Program-made: the position numbers and the translations under genes | Part shown: positions 25,720 to 39,242 of the stretch, one piece after another | Numbering within the stretch: position 1 is the stretch's first letter | Layout of the letters: every line of letters starts with the position of its first letter | The notes under the pieces: model-generated | Told to the model about the DNA's origin: nothing | Databases searched by the model: none | Seen by the model: only the letters and a program-made list of their open reading frames with translations | From: Centroscyllium fabricii | Lineage: Eukaryota | Direction: 5' to 3' | Assembly (NCBI GenBank): GCA_051313645.2 | Contig: JBNRSN020000017.1 | Location: 41,168,001 to 41,232,000 of the forward strand | Length of the DNA stretch: 64,000 nucleotides

Positions 25720-25957
25720 ACTCTCACATCTTTACACAAAGAATTGTTAGAGCATTGAATTCTTTGCCACGGGGAGTGACTGAGGCAGAGACCATTGCAT
25801 CTCTTAAGGGAAGAGCAGATAAACATTTGAAGCAGAAACGATGCAGGGCTATGGAGAGGCAGCAGGGCTCAATCTCGAGTTGCTCGAGCAAAGAACCTGC
25901 ACGGAATAAATGGGGCGAATATCCTTTTGCTGTACTGTAAATTTCTACAGTTCTATG
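25720..25957 (+). mobile_element. Old CR1 3' end
   Basis: Degenerate FTQRIV..NSLP..V.EAETI and ttctat tail. Confidence 0.65.
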
Positions 25958-26697
25958 GTTCCAAAATGCAGATGCTATTAATGTTGATACTGCTTTCAAA
26001 ACAAAGCAGAAAACAAACTCTGCATATACCAGGACAAACACACCACTCTCAGTGTTTACAGCACCCACATCTTGAATGTTCATTGGCAATTTTTTAAAAT
26101 TTGTATTGCATAAGAGAAATAAACATACTTATTTGCTGTATGATCACCTAATATTTGATATATAAACAATTTTACACTCGGGTCTGTCAAATTCATAGGT
26201 CTCCACCTAAATTCAGAATGACGGAACTTTCAATATTTTATTCAAACAGCTACTTGAGGACGAAAGGAGATCCAGTTGTAATATTACCTGACAAGTCACA
26301 GAAAAACAACTTTTTAATCCATATAGCTAAAGGCCACATGAGTGATATACAGTGTAACAAGCTGATTAATACTTTTAATATATTGGTGCAGTGAATGAAG
26401 TCGGGACTGGTAAAGGGCAGCCCTAGAGGCCGTCAGCAAAGCCAAATTTGAAACAGTAAGATTAATGATTCTGTTGATAGGAAAAGTTCTCTCCCAGCCT
26501 TGTCAATGCCTTTTGCCTCTCATGGTTTGGAATAAAAATCTAAAGTTAAAATCCTTCTTTGATTTCAGGGTCCTTCCAAAGTAGGAAAAGAGTTTTAAAA
26601 GAGGATCTGGTTAAGCCATGGCAGAACAGTGGATATTTCCAAATACCTTCTTTTGGTCATACTGCTCTCATTCAGTTCCCATCACATGGACCTGAAC

Positions 26698-27245
26698 TGG
26701 GTGGCACAGTGGTTAGCACTGTTGCCTTACAGCACTAGAGACCCGAGTTCAAATCCGGCCTCGGGTACTACCTGTGTGGAGTTTGCACGTTCTCCCCGTG
26801 TCTGCGTGGGTTTCCTCCGGGTGCTCCGGTTTCCTCCCACAGTCCAAAGATGTGCGGGTTAGGTTGATTGGCCAGGATAAATTGACCCTTAGTGTTAGGG
26901 GGATTGAATATGTGGGGTTACGGGGATAGGGTGGGATGTGTGTCAGTGCAGGCTCGATAGGGATCAAGGGATATGGGGAGAGGGCAGGGGTGGGGTACTG
27001 GGTTTGGATGATCAGCCATGATCTCGTTGAATGGCGGAGCAGGCTCAAAGGGCCGAATGGCCTACTCCTGCTCCTATCTTCTATGTTTCTATGTGTCGGT
27101 ATAGGGATCGAGGGATATGGGGAGAGGGCAGGGGCGGGGTGCTGGGTTTGGATGATCATCCATGATCTCGTTGAATGGTGGAGCAGGCTCGAAGGGCCGA
27201 ATGGCCTACTCCTGCTCCTATCTTCTATGTTTCTATGTTTCTATG
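26698..27245 (+). mobile_element. HE1-type V-SINE with tandemly duplicated 3' tail
   Basis: Tail segment atagggatc...ctatgtttctatg occurs twice (~26957-27093, ~27101-27245). Confidence 0.92.
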
Positions 27246-28184
27246 ACCACAAGCTCTTTGCTTTCACATTCATCTCTCCTGACCCAGTTGGTGTTTACAA
27301 CAATACCTGATCATCAGCTCTACGTGTGCTGTGGTCAGCGCTTGTGCTCAGTGACCGGGGAATCTGAACCAGATTGCTCGTATCACTTTGAATGGGATCT
27401 TGCTGTTCTAGGGCTGCCTTTACACAACCAGGGCCAGAGGAAAGGGTGCTGCACCCTTTACACCCGCACGAGTAAAGTGAAACAGCTGTACATTTAGAAC
27501 AGAGGTAAATTTGCAGCTACACTGCGAACAGGGGTTATCTTTCATTTGGAATTAGTCAGAGGACTAGTACAACAGTCAGAAAAGAAACATGTGCTGCACA
27601 TTCATGTTAGGATTTTACAGGAGTTCCAGCTCAAGCAAACTAAAAATGTTGCCTGTTCCCACACTCAGGGCAAGAGGACCAACACTCAATTCTACATCAC
27701 AGTGGTAGAACAGTTTATTGTATTCCTGGTTATAATGAATGCTCCAATGTGTCTCAGCCCCCTTTTACACGGTACCTCCAACGGGACAGAAGTCGCTTCC
27801 AAGAGGAGTCGTTTGACACACTGGAGCAACTTCCTGTGTCTCCGCATCGTTTAGATCACACAATAAACTCCCACTCACCTGGAAATCAGCTCTTCTGGCA
27901 ATGCATAGAAGAAGAGGTGAGCAAACAAAACAAGATCCGACCAGAAAAGACATGTACCGAAACCTGCTCCCAACAAAATATGTCCACACCACCAACCTCT
28001 CCACCTGGCCTGTGGCACTTGGGGGCAGCGTGATCGTGCAGGCACCATGATGTGGAAGCGCAGTGTGCTGCCCCCCCTCCAATGGATTTCAGGCACAGAA
28101 GAGGAGGTACTGGCATCAGAGGCACACTGTCTGGCGGCTTCCCCACCTTCAATGGCACTGCCACCACATTTTGTTATTTGTTTA

Positions 28185-29220
28185 TATTCATTGATGGGAT
28201 GTGGGCGTGGCTGGCTGGCTAGGCCTGCATTTAGTGCCCATCCCTAATTGCCCTTGAGAAGATGGTGGTGAGCCACCTTCTTGAACCGCTGCAGTCCATA
28301 TGGTGTAGGTACACCCACAATGTTGTTAGGAAGGGAGTTCCAGGATTTTGGTCCAGCGACAGTGAAGGAGCGGCGATACAGGTCCAAGTCAGGATGGTGT
28401 GTGGCTTGGAGGGGAACTTGTAGGTGGTGCTGTTCCCATGCGTCTGCTGCCCTTGTCCTTCTAAGTGGTAGAATTCGCGGGTTTGGAAGGTGCTGTTGAA
28501 GGAGCTTTGGCGAGTTGCTGCAGTGCATCTTGTAGATGGTACACACTGCAGCCACAATGCGCCGGTGGTGGAGGGAGTTAATGTTGAAGGTGGTGGATGG
28601 AGTGCCAATCAAGCAGCCTGCTTTATCCTGAATGGTGTCGAGCTTCTTGAACGTTGTTGGAGCTGCACTCATCCAGGCAAGTGGAGAGTATTCCATCACA
28701 CTCCTGACTTGTGCCTTGTAGATGGTGGAAAGGCTTTGGGGAGTCAGGAGGTGAGACACTCACCACAGAATTCCCAGCCTCTGGCCTGCTCTTGTAGCCA
28801 CAGTATTTATATGGCTGGTCCAGTTCAGTTTCCGATCAATGGTAACCCCCAGGATGTTGATAGTGGGGGATTCAGCGATGATAATGCCATTGAATGTCAA
28901 GGGGAGATGGTTAGAGTCTCGCTTGTTGGAGATGGTCATTGCCTGGCACTTGTGTGGTGCGAATGTTACTTGCCACTTGTCAGCCCAAGTCTGAATGTTG
29001 TCCAGGTCTTGCTGCATATGGACACGGACTGCGTCTGTATCTGCCGAGTCTCGAATGGTGCTGAACAGTGTGCAATCATCAGCGAACATCCCTACTTCTG
29101 ACCTTATGATGGAGGGAAGGTCATTGATGAAACAGCTGAAGATGGTTGGGCCTAGGACACTGCCCTGAGGAACTCCTGCAGTGATGTCCTGTGGTTGAGA
29201 TGAATGACCTCCAACAACCA
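28185..29220 (-). mobile_element. CR1-group LINE ORF2 3' portion
   Basis: GVPQGSVLGP, FADD, YKAQVRSVMEYSPLAW, SWNSLP motifs; one in-frame stop joins ORFs 28760-29260 and 28244-28759. Confidence 0.92.
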
Positions 29221-30290
29221 CAGCCAACTTCCAATGATTTACATTGTTTAGTGCCTCCAACAGCTAGCATTGGATTGGAGGAAACCCTTCACGGTAAAAA
29301 GGGGGGCCTTTAGGCGCAATGGTCAAAAGGTTGATCGAAGGGCAAAGCGCATCTGAAACTCCTGAATCTCATTCTCCCAATCAGGAGGAACACGTGATCA
29401 TATTGACCATCTTAAGTTTGCCATCTTGCCGACCAATGGAAATAACTTATTGTTTGCCTATTGTACCCCTTCATAATCTTTAAGTCCTCTATTGTGACAC
29501 CCCTTAACCTCAGCTCCAGTGGAAAAAAAAGCTCTCAAGTCTCTCTTTATAACTAAAACCACCTAATCCCCTTGTAACATCTTAGTGTATCTAAGCTGGG
29601 ATCTTTCGAACGCTCGCTTGATCTCTCTTCTTTTGCATGCGTCTTTTCTCTGCAGCTTTTGCTTCCTTCCTCCATATGCTGAGAAATTAGCAAATGTAAT
29701 CCTGTTGTTTGATGACAGTTTGTTCCCTTCAACCGCCACAGATCCAGAGTTGTCCCCCGTTGCTAACCACAAATCCTAAGTCAGCCACCAATCCAGAACT
29801 GCCTGACCCAGAGACCTCTGTTTTCAATTTCGTTTCTCCCCAACCTTAACTGTATTTCCTGTGTGCTTTGCCAAGTGGTACATGCAGAAGAATTACTGGC
29901 GCCATTCTGAATTCAGCCATCACTGCAGTTATTTTTGCTGTGGCTTCTGTCCTTTTAGTTCCCAAGTTGGTATGTGGAAATGCCATATAAAAAACACCAA
30001 TTTCTGGGAACTCCTGTTTAAATTGGAAGAATAAGACCCAGCAAGTCCAATTTTTAAGCAGGTTTCAGGTCCTACACTTGTCCACATTGTCATTACTGAG
30101 AGTATCATAGGTATGATAAAACTTGAATTGAATTGAATTGAATTGTATTGTATTGCTCCCATTTAAAGGATCCTCTATACTTGGTGGAGTGAATTTAAGA
30201 ATTGATTGAGATCCAGGGTTTACATGAACTTGGTCCAAATTTGCTGAAAAGACACTGAAACTCCTACCAGGAAGACTGAACAAATTAATA

Positions 30291-30642
30291 CAGGTTGAGC
30301 ACCGGTAATCCGGCACCCGATGGTCCGGCACCTTCGGTGGTTTGGGACGATTGTAAACCAGTGCTCTTCGTTTTGCAGAGCAGCCGCTCGGCGGCGCCAC
30401 CGTTTCCCGGGAAGGGTGAGTGAGCGCCGAAGGCGTCGGGCGTTTGGGTTTCTGTTTTTTTAGGTTTTGTAAGTGTTCTATCCCCGGGCTCCCTCCCAGG
30501 AAGCGTTCTACCCACGCGCTCCGGGCCCCGGGGAGTGTTATACCGCGCGCCCCCCCCCCCCCGAACCTTCAGTGGTTCGGAATTTTCAGTGGGCCGGCAC
30601 TGGCCTGGTCCCGAGGGTGCCGGATTAACGGTGCTCAACCTG
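30291..30642. mobile_element. Tc1/pogo (Tigger-like) MITE
   Basis: TIR caggttgagcaccg(g/t)taatccggcacc; TA TSD. Confidence 0.92.
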
Positions 30643-32839
30643 TACCATGTTTGAAAAGTAGGTATTCAAAGAATCCTGCAAAACAGAATAGTTACACCTA
30701 ATTTGGAGATCTTCAAATTGAGGAATCTTGTATGAATGATCCTAGTTACCATCAGGTTGTCATGACAACATGCTGGAGTAATGGAATTCAGATCTATGTC
30801 GCTAATAATTTTCCCACAGTCAAAGTTTGATCGATAGATTTTTGTGCTGTAAGGGTATCGAGGGTTAATGAGCCAAGGCAGGTAAATGGAGTTAAGATAC
30901 AGATGAGCCTTGATTGAGCTGGATGGCGGAACAGGCTCGAGGGGCTGAATGGTCTCTGTTCCAAAGTTGCCAGCCTCAACTGTGCCATCAATGCAAGGCG
31001 TGGAGCAAATGTCAGGCACTTCCCCGTGAGGAAGGAGGAGAAATCAACTTCAAACATTGGTGTGCACCTCCTGCTGGCAGGGTTACATAGCAGTGTCGTC
31101 AAAGTCTCGCAGCACCACATGAAAACTGCCCTCACCGAGAGAGAGTGACGCACAGTGTGGAAGGAACAAAGAGTGGGAAGAAAATGGTAAACATTTAAAT
31201 ATATAGGAGTTTACAAATACAAAGATACATTCTGATTGCAATGACTCGCTGAGCCTCCATTCGCTGATTGGACCAGTGCATCGATGTGTATAAAGCACAC
31301 CGTATTTTTTTGTTTACCGCATATCTAGAAACTGTCAAGTGGTATATTTCTATTAAACAATCTCCTAATCAGCTGTAATTTAATTAGCCACTTGTAATGT
31401 GGACTTTTTCGAACATTGCTTTCATAAGATTTACTGTAATCTTAAATGCTAATTACAAGGTGCTCTGTGACTTTAAAGGGAATCCTATCACTGCTCCAGG
31501 GCACATTTTAATTTGAATGCCCTCAATGTACTAACTCTGACCTGTTACACACTGCTCCCTAATCGCAATCAACTATTAATTTGAACCACATATAAACTGT
31601 ATGCTCTGTTTAAGCTGGGACTCTGTTTAAACTGGGTTTCTGATTCGCAGAAACGATTGCAAGTAGTACAGCAAGAGAACATTCAGCTTAATATTTATAA
31701 AACTAAAGGAGGTTATCATTTACTATAACTGCAGTAAAGTCTGCCAAGTGAAGTGCCAAGCCCAACAAAAAAAATCTCTTTCACCAAGAGCCAGGGGCAT
31801 TCTGATGGAGAAATTATAACTGAAATCGAACCCTCTGCCCCCATTGTCTCCTCACAATGAATGCATTTTAGACAAGATGGAGGAACAGAAAGAAAATACA
31901 ATTAACCTTTTCAAGACTGAATTTTCTATTGAAATCATGTCAAAGATTTTAACTCCTTCAGAACCAAAGTGCTCTGGCAAACATACATCACACACTATTG
32001 TTTCATGACTTTCTGACATCGCTTTTTGACAGTCTTACCATTAAAAGCCCCTTTTTGGGACCAAAAATCACCTTTACCTGGGAGGCAGCAGAGGCCAGGC
32101 TAAGAGCGCCGTCAAAAGCTGCTGTGAATGCCATCCTATCACCATGCAAACTGGCAGGTGTAGCTGGAAGAGACCGATAACACCAGTTCCCTTTCGCTCC
32201 TCTTCCCCCCTGGCACTGATGCGGTGGAGGGGTGAGCTTAGGATGCAAGAGTTTTGTGTGAAGGGCTGACATTCGGTGAGGTCAGGAGGACAGAGCATTC
32301 AAAGGACAGGGAGATTTTGGCAGTAGCTTAAAATCAGAGGATAAGGAGTTGCTTGGCAAAGCAGCTCGGGAAGGAGAGAAGGATGAAGATCTCGGCAAGG
32401 AAGTTGTGCAAAGAATTGTACAACAACTTTAATAAAACCAGATTTCGGTAGCAATGTGATCAGACAAAGTTTCTTTCTTGGAAACAGATCCACCCCAGAG
32501 GAACAAGAGCCCAATAATTACCAGTTTCATTATTAAAAATATATATTTTTAATCAAGGTGGAAGGGTCCCTTTAGAAACAGGTACATAGCCATTCAAGTT
32601 GCAGAACAAAAGGACATAGAATGGTCCAAATTATAGTATCATCTAACTCGGATGAAGGTTTAGTGGAAAAATGCAATAAAGTATCAAATGTGTACAATGA
32701 AACAGACCACGATGATAACTTAGTACTATTGCCAGTCAATAAGAAAGCACATTCCTCAGACACTTGAGGAATGTGTGCAGATAGTGCTCAGTTTAAGAAA
32801 AATGTGTTTGTTTTCTGCCATTTTTAATATTACACAATA

Positions 32840-33168
32840 CAGATTGAGCACCGTTAATCCGGCACCCTCGAGACCAGGCCGGTGCCGGACCACTGAAAAT
32901 TCCAAACCACTGAAGGTTCGGGGGAGCGTGCGGGTAGAACACTCCCTGGGGCCCGGAACGCGTGGGTAGAACACTCCCCGGGAGGGAGCCTGGGGATAGA
33001 ATACATACAAAACCTAAAAAACCAGAAATCCAAACGCCCGACGCCTTCCCGGGAAATGGTGGCGCCGCCGAGCAGCTGCTCCGCAAAATGAAGAGCGCCG
33101 GTTTCCAATCGTGCCGAACCACTGCAGCTGCCGGACCATCTGGTGCCGGATTACCAGTGCGCAACCTG
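32840..33168. mobile_element. Tc1/pogo MITE, same family, opposite orientation
   Basis: Homologous to 30291-30642; TA TSD. Confidence 0.9.
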
Positions 33169-34254
33169 TATTCTAAAATGGCTAAAGAAGTTTCATTGTG
33201 AAACCGAACACCACACTTTGAGGTGTAACACGACATTCCTTCGATTGCCACCATTTCATATATTAGCTCTAATCTTGAAAAGCTAGCAGAACAATATTTA
33301 TCAATTCCTTCACAATCAGCAAAGCAGGGGGCGGAGTGGGGTGGGGGAGGGTGGGTTTGTATGTATTAGAGATTCAGAGAAGAAATGACAACAAGGGAGT
33401 TATCTAACTGTTCATGTCGCTAAATATTTACTTGTTCAACATTGCTCTGTTTGTGCTTTGGCGACTGTTCAGTTCCTTCAATACGCTGATTCATTTTTGC
33501 ACCCAGTGAAAAGCATTCTGAGGTCAGGTATAAACTGGCGAATGCACAGCCCCACAAAACAGCATCACTTCCCTCTCTCCTTTCCACTCTGCCAAATTGG
33601 ACAAACTAGCAGGGTTTTTTTTTCTTTAAAGCAGGAGCAGCAACCAGTTTGTTTACTGTTCTTTGAATGCTAAATACATCCAATGCAAAAAATTATCCAA
33701 TTCTATATAAAAAAAAAATTTTAAGTGCTTTTAACAAAGCTAAATTAAATTTGTGCAGCGAAATACCTTTTTCAAGTTGAATCTTTTGAATGCTTCCTTG
33801 ACTGAACGTTTGTTGTGATTTTGTAAAGATTGATATAAGTGCAATAGAAAAACCTCAAAGCCGGAGTTACAATGCACTGTTATTAGATTCAATCCACGGT
33901 TTACTCTGCAGGACTGCTCCTGTGCTAGACACATGTTCACAATGACATTCAGTCACTAGGGTGCTAATGTTATAATAACACTCAGAATGTTCCACTGGTC
34001 TGAAATATCTTCGCACTGGTGACATGTTTAACCCCTTTTAGGACTGCAGGAGACAAGAATGCTCAGTATAAACAATAACTGACCTCTTCCCGAGGCATCA
34101 TTCTCTGTTTCCTTGATATCAAAATGCAGGAACTTAAAGTAGGTTCAAAATGGCTCGCTTTCTTGTCACTGATCCATGTCCAACTGAATTAGAAGTCTTG
34201 GTCCACTGGACTATGGTCCCGACTCATCACTTATGACTAAGAACATGCACTTCA

Positions 34255-34750
34255 ATAACAGCAACAACTTGTGTTTATATAGCAGCTTTAAAGTAGTAAA
34301 ACGTCCCAAGGCGCTTCACAGGATTATTCTAAGACAAAAATATTGACACCGAGCCACATAAGGAGAAATCAGGGCAGGTGACCAAAAGCTTGGTCAAAGA
34401 GGTAGGTTTTAAGAAGCGTCTTAAAGGAGGAAAGAGAGGTAGAGAGGTTTAGGCAGGGAATTCCAGAGCTTAGGGCCCAGGCAGCAGAAGGCACGGCCAC
34501 CAATGTTTGAGCGATTATAATCAGGGATGCTCAAGAGGGCAGATTTAGAGGAGCGCAGATATCTGGGAGGGGGAGGGGGGGTCGGTTGTGGGGCTGAAGG
34601 AGATTACAGAGATAGGGAGGGGTGAGGTCATGGAGGGATTTGAAAACAAGGATGAGAATTTTAAAATCGAGGCATTGTTTAACCAGGAGCCAATGTAGGT
34701 CAGCGAGTACAGGGGTGATTGGTGAACGGGACTTGGTGCAAGTTAGGACA
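34255..34750 (-). mobile_element. L2 LINE 3' fragment
   Basis: SPITPVLADLHWL..KQCLDFKILILVFKSLH..PPYL. Confidence 0.88.
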
Positions 34751-35033
34751 CTATGTACAGAATGCATTTTATTAGTACACCACATCTTGATTTAATTATT
34801 ATCTTTTACTGAAACAATACAATTCTCAGTTTATTGAACATATTTAATATTATTAACCCTATCCATTGGTGGTCCACTGATCTACTAATAGCTACACTGT
34901 GGGTGGTGCTGTCAGATTTGTGTAGGGCTCAGGACCAAGGACATTTGCATTCTTCCAAATCTAAGGCAATATCGTCACTTTACAATAATTTGCAGCCAGG
35001 TTACTAGATTTGACTTCTCCCGCTAGTGACATC

Positions 35034-35770
35034 GGGGTGATTTTTGCGGGTCCATGAGGGTGGCTTTCTGGTGGGGCGGGGCCTGAAAATCGCGAAACCA
35101 GGGGGTCCCAGCCGTCCCGAATCTTTCCCGCCCGCCGCTGGCAGGGATGCTCGTTCAGCTAATTGAGGGCCCTTAATTGGACTGGATAATCCCATTTTAA
35201 GGGCCCTCACCTATTTTAAACCCTTTCCCACCCAAACCCCGCCATCCTGAAACCCCGCTGGTGAAACCCAGCGGTAGCACAGTGGCCGTGGTCATTTTCT
35301 CCTTCAAGGCGTTGAGGGACCTAGAGCAGAATGCTTTCCAGGCCTTCAACACCCTGGAGGTGTAAGTGACTCCCTTTTCTGAGGGCCATCTGTGGAGAAA
35401 AACCTTGAAAATGTAATCTTGACAGATGGATTGAGAGACGGTCCCTAACTGTGAAAGATTTCCAGAGCATCCATGCACCTGGCCGTCAACCCACTTGGGC
35501 TTTGCGATTGGTTGCACTCCATTGTGATGTCACAATGGAGTGTTTCCATGGAAACTGACAACAGACAGTCCCTACAACTGTCACTCAAAGTCCTCACTCC
35601 TAGCTGCAGCGCCTTGATTGCCGACTCGAGTCAGGCAATTGGAAGTGGGGATTTAATTGACCAATTTAGGGAAAATTGCGTCGGGTTTCCAGGCCCTTGG
35701 GCGGGTGGGCGGGCCAGAAAACCGGCCCGACCAAAACCCGCCAGGTTCCCACACCTTCAGGAAAATCCCC
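35034..35770. mobile_element. PIF/Harbinger-like MITE (17354 family)
   Basis: ggggtgattttt / gaaaatcccc ends; reverse-orientation similarity to 17354-18175. Confidence 0.75.
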
Positions 35771-36340
35771 AATTTAACTCATGTTCAAAAGTAAAGATGC
35801 TGCTGAAAATATAATGTAGTCATACTACTTCAGCACTAATAGTAATAGCTCCAGTTTGAAAAATATGGGTGAAAGATCAAAGTGACGAAACCAAACATCA
35901 CAAGTTGAATCAAAACTGCTCACTGACCCATTATCAGCAGAGACACATTCCCTACACTCGATACTTGTGTTGCACTGTGTACTTCACAACTGCTGTCAAT
36001 CAGTTGACAGAAGGTAATCTTGCAGTGCCGTTGGTTAAGTCAGTTCTACTTCACTGAGAAGTAGTCCTGGTTTGGCAAAGTGCTCAATCTCCAAACTCAG
36101 CTGTAAACCAAAAGAATCCCTCCCAATAATGGCAGGTTGACTAAGTGACGAGTGACCCTGAGACTCAAAACCAACCACCAACTGGTTGGGAGACAGGTGT
36201 GCTACTATCTTTGCTACCAAGTTTCCTAGCACATTATAAAATCTTACAGATTTAGACTTGGATAATGTACAGTAAATATTCTTTTCTATTTGTGATAAAG
36301 CATACTTTTACAGCCTATTTAAGATACAGGAAAGAAGCTA

Positions 36341-36687
36341 CAGGTTGAGCACCGGTAATCCGGCACCCTCGGGACCAGGCCAGTGCCGGACCACTGAAAA
36401 TTCCGAACCACTGAAGGTTCAGGGGGAGCGCGCGGTAGAACACTCCCTGGGGCTCGGAGCGCATGGGTAGAACACTCCCCAGGAGGGAGCCCGGGGATAG
36501 ATCACTTACAAAATCTAAAAAAACAGAAACCCAAATGTCCGACGCCTTCGGCACTCGCTCACCCTTCCCAGGAAACGGTGACGCCACCGAGTGGCTGCTC
36601 CGCAAAATGAAGAGCGTCGGTTTCCAATCGTGCCGAACCACTGAAGCTGCCGGACCATCGGGTGCCGGATTACCAGTGCTCAACATG
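36341..36687. mobile_element. Tc1/pogo MITE (30291 family)
   Basis: TIR plus TA TSD. Confidence 0.9.
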
Positions 36688-38002
36688 TATTCGTTTTACA
36701 ACTTGCCTATGTAGACCCAATCAAGCTAAAGATTCAAAAGAGTCTAGTTATTTGCCATGCAGGAGTAATAGATTTATTTCGATCCTACATTTCATAGATT
36801 TATTTTCTTATATCCTATTGACTATTTTGATATTGGTCATCAAAGTGTTAAGGGATCAACACAATGCCCTTAAATCCTCAGAAACGCCACCTCCTCAAAT
36901 CAGTTCAATGATAGACAGAAAGACAGGCAATGTTGGCACGGTGCATTGAGCACTGGCATCGAGCCCAAATCCAGTTTGACAATTTGCCAGCTGGCTCCTA
37001 CATGCCGGGGCCTGCTCGTATGAGGCATGCGGCTGCCTAAACTGTATTAGTGGAGTCCTCATTGAATCGCAGTCTGTCGGAGCAGTGGAGAGTAATCATC
37101 CTGAATGGGGCAGTCAGCGCCCCAGTGTTAATGATGACATGCTTCAGTGGGGAACAGAGGTGATTAAGATTCACTGAGTTTTGTATATAGAAATAAAGAA
37201 AAAGGACACAGTCTAAGACTTGAGATGCCCTAAGATCTTACAATAGGAAAAATACCAGCGATAAACTGCTCCTAATATTCATCAGTCGAGTACAACCCAG
37301 AATGTTTTAGTTAGTAAATCTGGTGGGGATAAGCAAACTGTTAGTTTTTGACTTCTCCAATTAAGACAAGTCATCTGATGTGCCAGCCACTCATCCACCC
37401 TAAAAGGTCACACGTACAATCCCCACATACATGCGTAAGGAGACTTATTAGCCAAAAAAGGTTTGTAGGCTTTATGCACTAACTGCACTTGGTGTATGCC
37501 TGACTGTACCTACCCCACCCTTTAGTTCACTTTCTTTTCCCTAAATTAGAAACTGATCAGTGGCAATGATATATTACCTTGACAGGCAGGCACTATTTGC
37601 ACATGTGCAGAAAGGCCAACCATTTGTTTGTATGTCTATAGTCACATACCTTATAATTCTTCTGATCTGTAGTTTGATTTTTAGATGTGGCACTGTTTAT
37701 TCTTCTTAAATGCCTGTGGCTAAGGGGTGTGCAAAATTAGGCTACAGCCTTAAGGATTGGGGAATTTGCTTTGATATACTAGCCTTTGATCTTTTCAATT
37801 GGCTTTTATTTTACTGCAAGTGGGTTAAAATTGCGCAATTTTGTGGAGCAGAATATTTGCCAGATGTTTTCGTTTCTCAACATGAGGGTGACTTTAATGC
37901 AATATTATTTTAATAATAAAAAATTATTTCCCTGCTCTTTAACCCCCTTTTAAATCAAATCATAGACTGGTGCAGTAGAAGCAAAGGACAAACAGACATA
38001 AA

Positions 38003-38327
38003 GGGCAGCACGGTGGCATAGTGGTTAGCACTGTTGTCTCACAGCGCCAGGGGCCCGGGTTCAAATCCGGCCTCGGGTGACTATCTGTGTGGAGTTTGCA
38101 CATCCTCCCCGTGTCTGCGTGGGTTTCCTCCGGGTGCTCCGGTTTCCTCCCACAGTCCAAAGATGTGCGGGTTAGGTTGATTGACCAGGATAAATTGACC
38201 CTTAGTGTTAGGGGGATTGAATATGTGGGGTTACGGGGATAGGGTGGGATATGTGTCGGCGCAGGCTCGATGGGCCGAAATAGCCTCTATCTGCACTGTA
38301 GGGATTCTGCGATTCTATGATTCTATG
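38003..38327 (+). mobile_element. HE1-type V-SINE with the alternative short tail
   Basis: Same head and core; ends gggccgaaatagcctctatctgcactgtagggattct...(gattctat)n. Confidence 0.92.
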
Positions 38328-39242
38328 CTGTCATCTAAACCTGCCCAAACTGATCCAATCCATTGGGAAATGAAGGGTGGCTTCCAAAAAGGAAGAAACA
38401 TTTTGTTGCTATCAATTGCTCGACTTTTCGGAACTGGATCACCTGCCGCACCACAAAGGAAGCCAACTCACTCTTCTTTTCATTGGTTACAGGGACAACA
38501 TTTATCCAGTGTCTATCAGATCATTTTAGAGATTGGGTGATTGTCCCTTCAGGTATCCATACTGTGTTTTCGGATGGCCCCATTTTTTATAGACAGCATA
38601 TACAGGCCGGCTGGAGAGTTTCCAAAAGACATCTGGAAAAAGAGTTAATCTGGAAGGCAGAATTGGGGAAGTTGAGCGCACTGATTATACTGTTCTACAC
38701 TGTACTGCCTGTATCTGAAGCTCTGGTAATTATAGGTGAAGTTTAGAACATTGTTTAGCTGTTGGTTGGGTATGGGGGTCGGTTTCTTTTGTGCATCGCG
38801 CTGTGTTTTGTTTTGTTTTGGACGGTTTTGTTTTACATTCTATAGGAATATAAAAAGCTGATTACTGCTGTCTGATCATATTTCCTATTGTAGTGGCTGA
38901 AAAATGCATTGTGGAAGGAGAGGAACAGGCATCAAAGGACTGCAGCAAGCAGGTGTCTGCCGTTCGCTGTGATGCAGTTCTCCAACGTGATCAGCAATTC
39001 CTATTGCACACAAGCTGAATATAGGATAGTGTTTACATAGGCTTAAGATAATGGGAGCAGGTTCCTTCTGAATCTGAGCCTATTATGTCTAGTGGTTTAT
39101 TTCTACTCTTTTATTAGGATGATTTTCAAATTTCATGACATTTTCTTTCTCTGTCTAGCTGACTGTCTGGTTTTGTAGTGGGAACGAAATTCTCCTCACT
39201 GTTAGATAGCTAGATGGCCTCCTTCTGTGCTGTAAACTTCGA

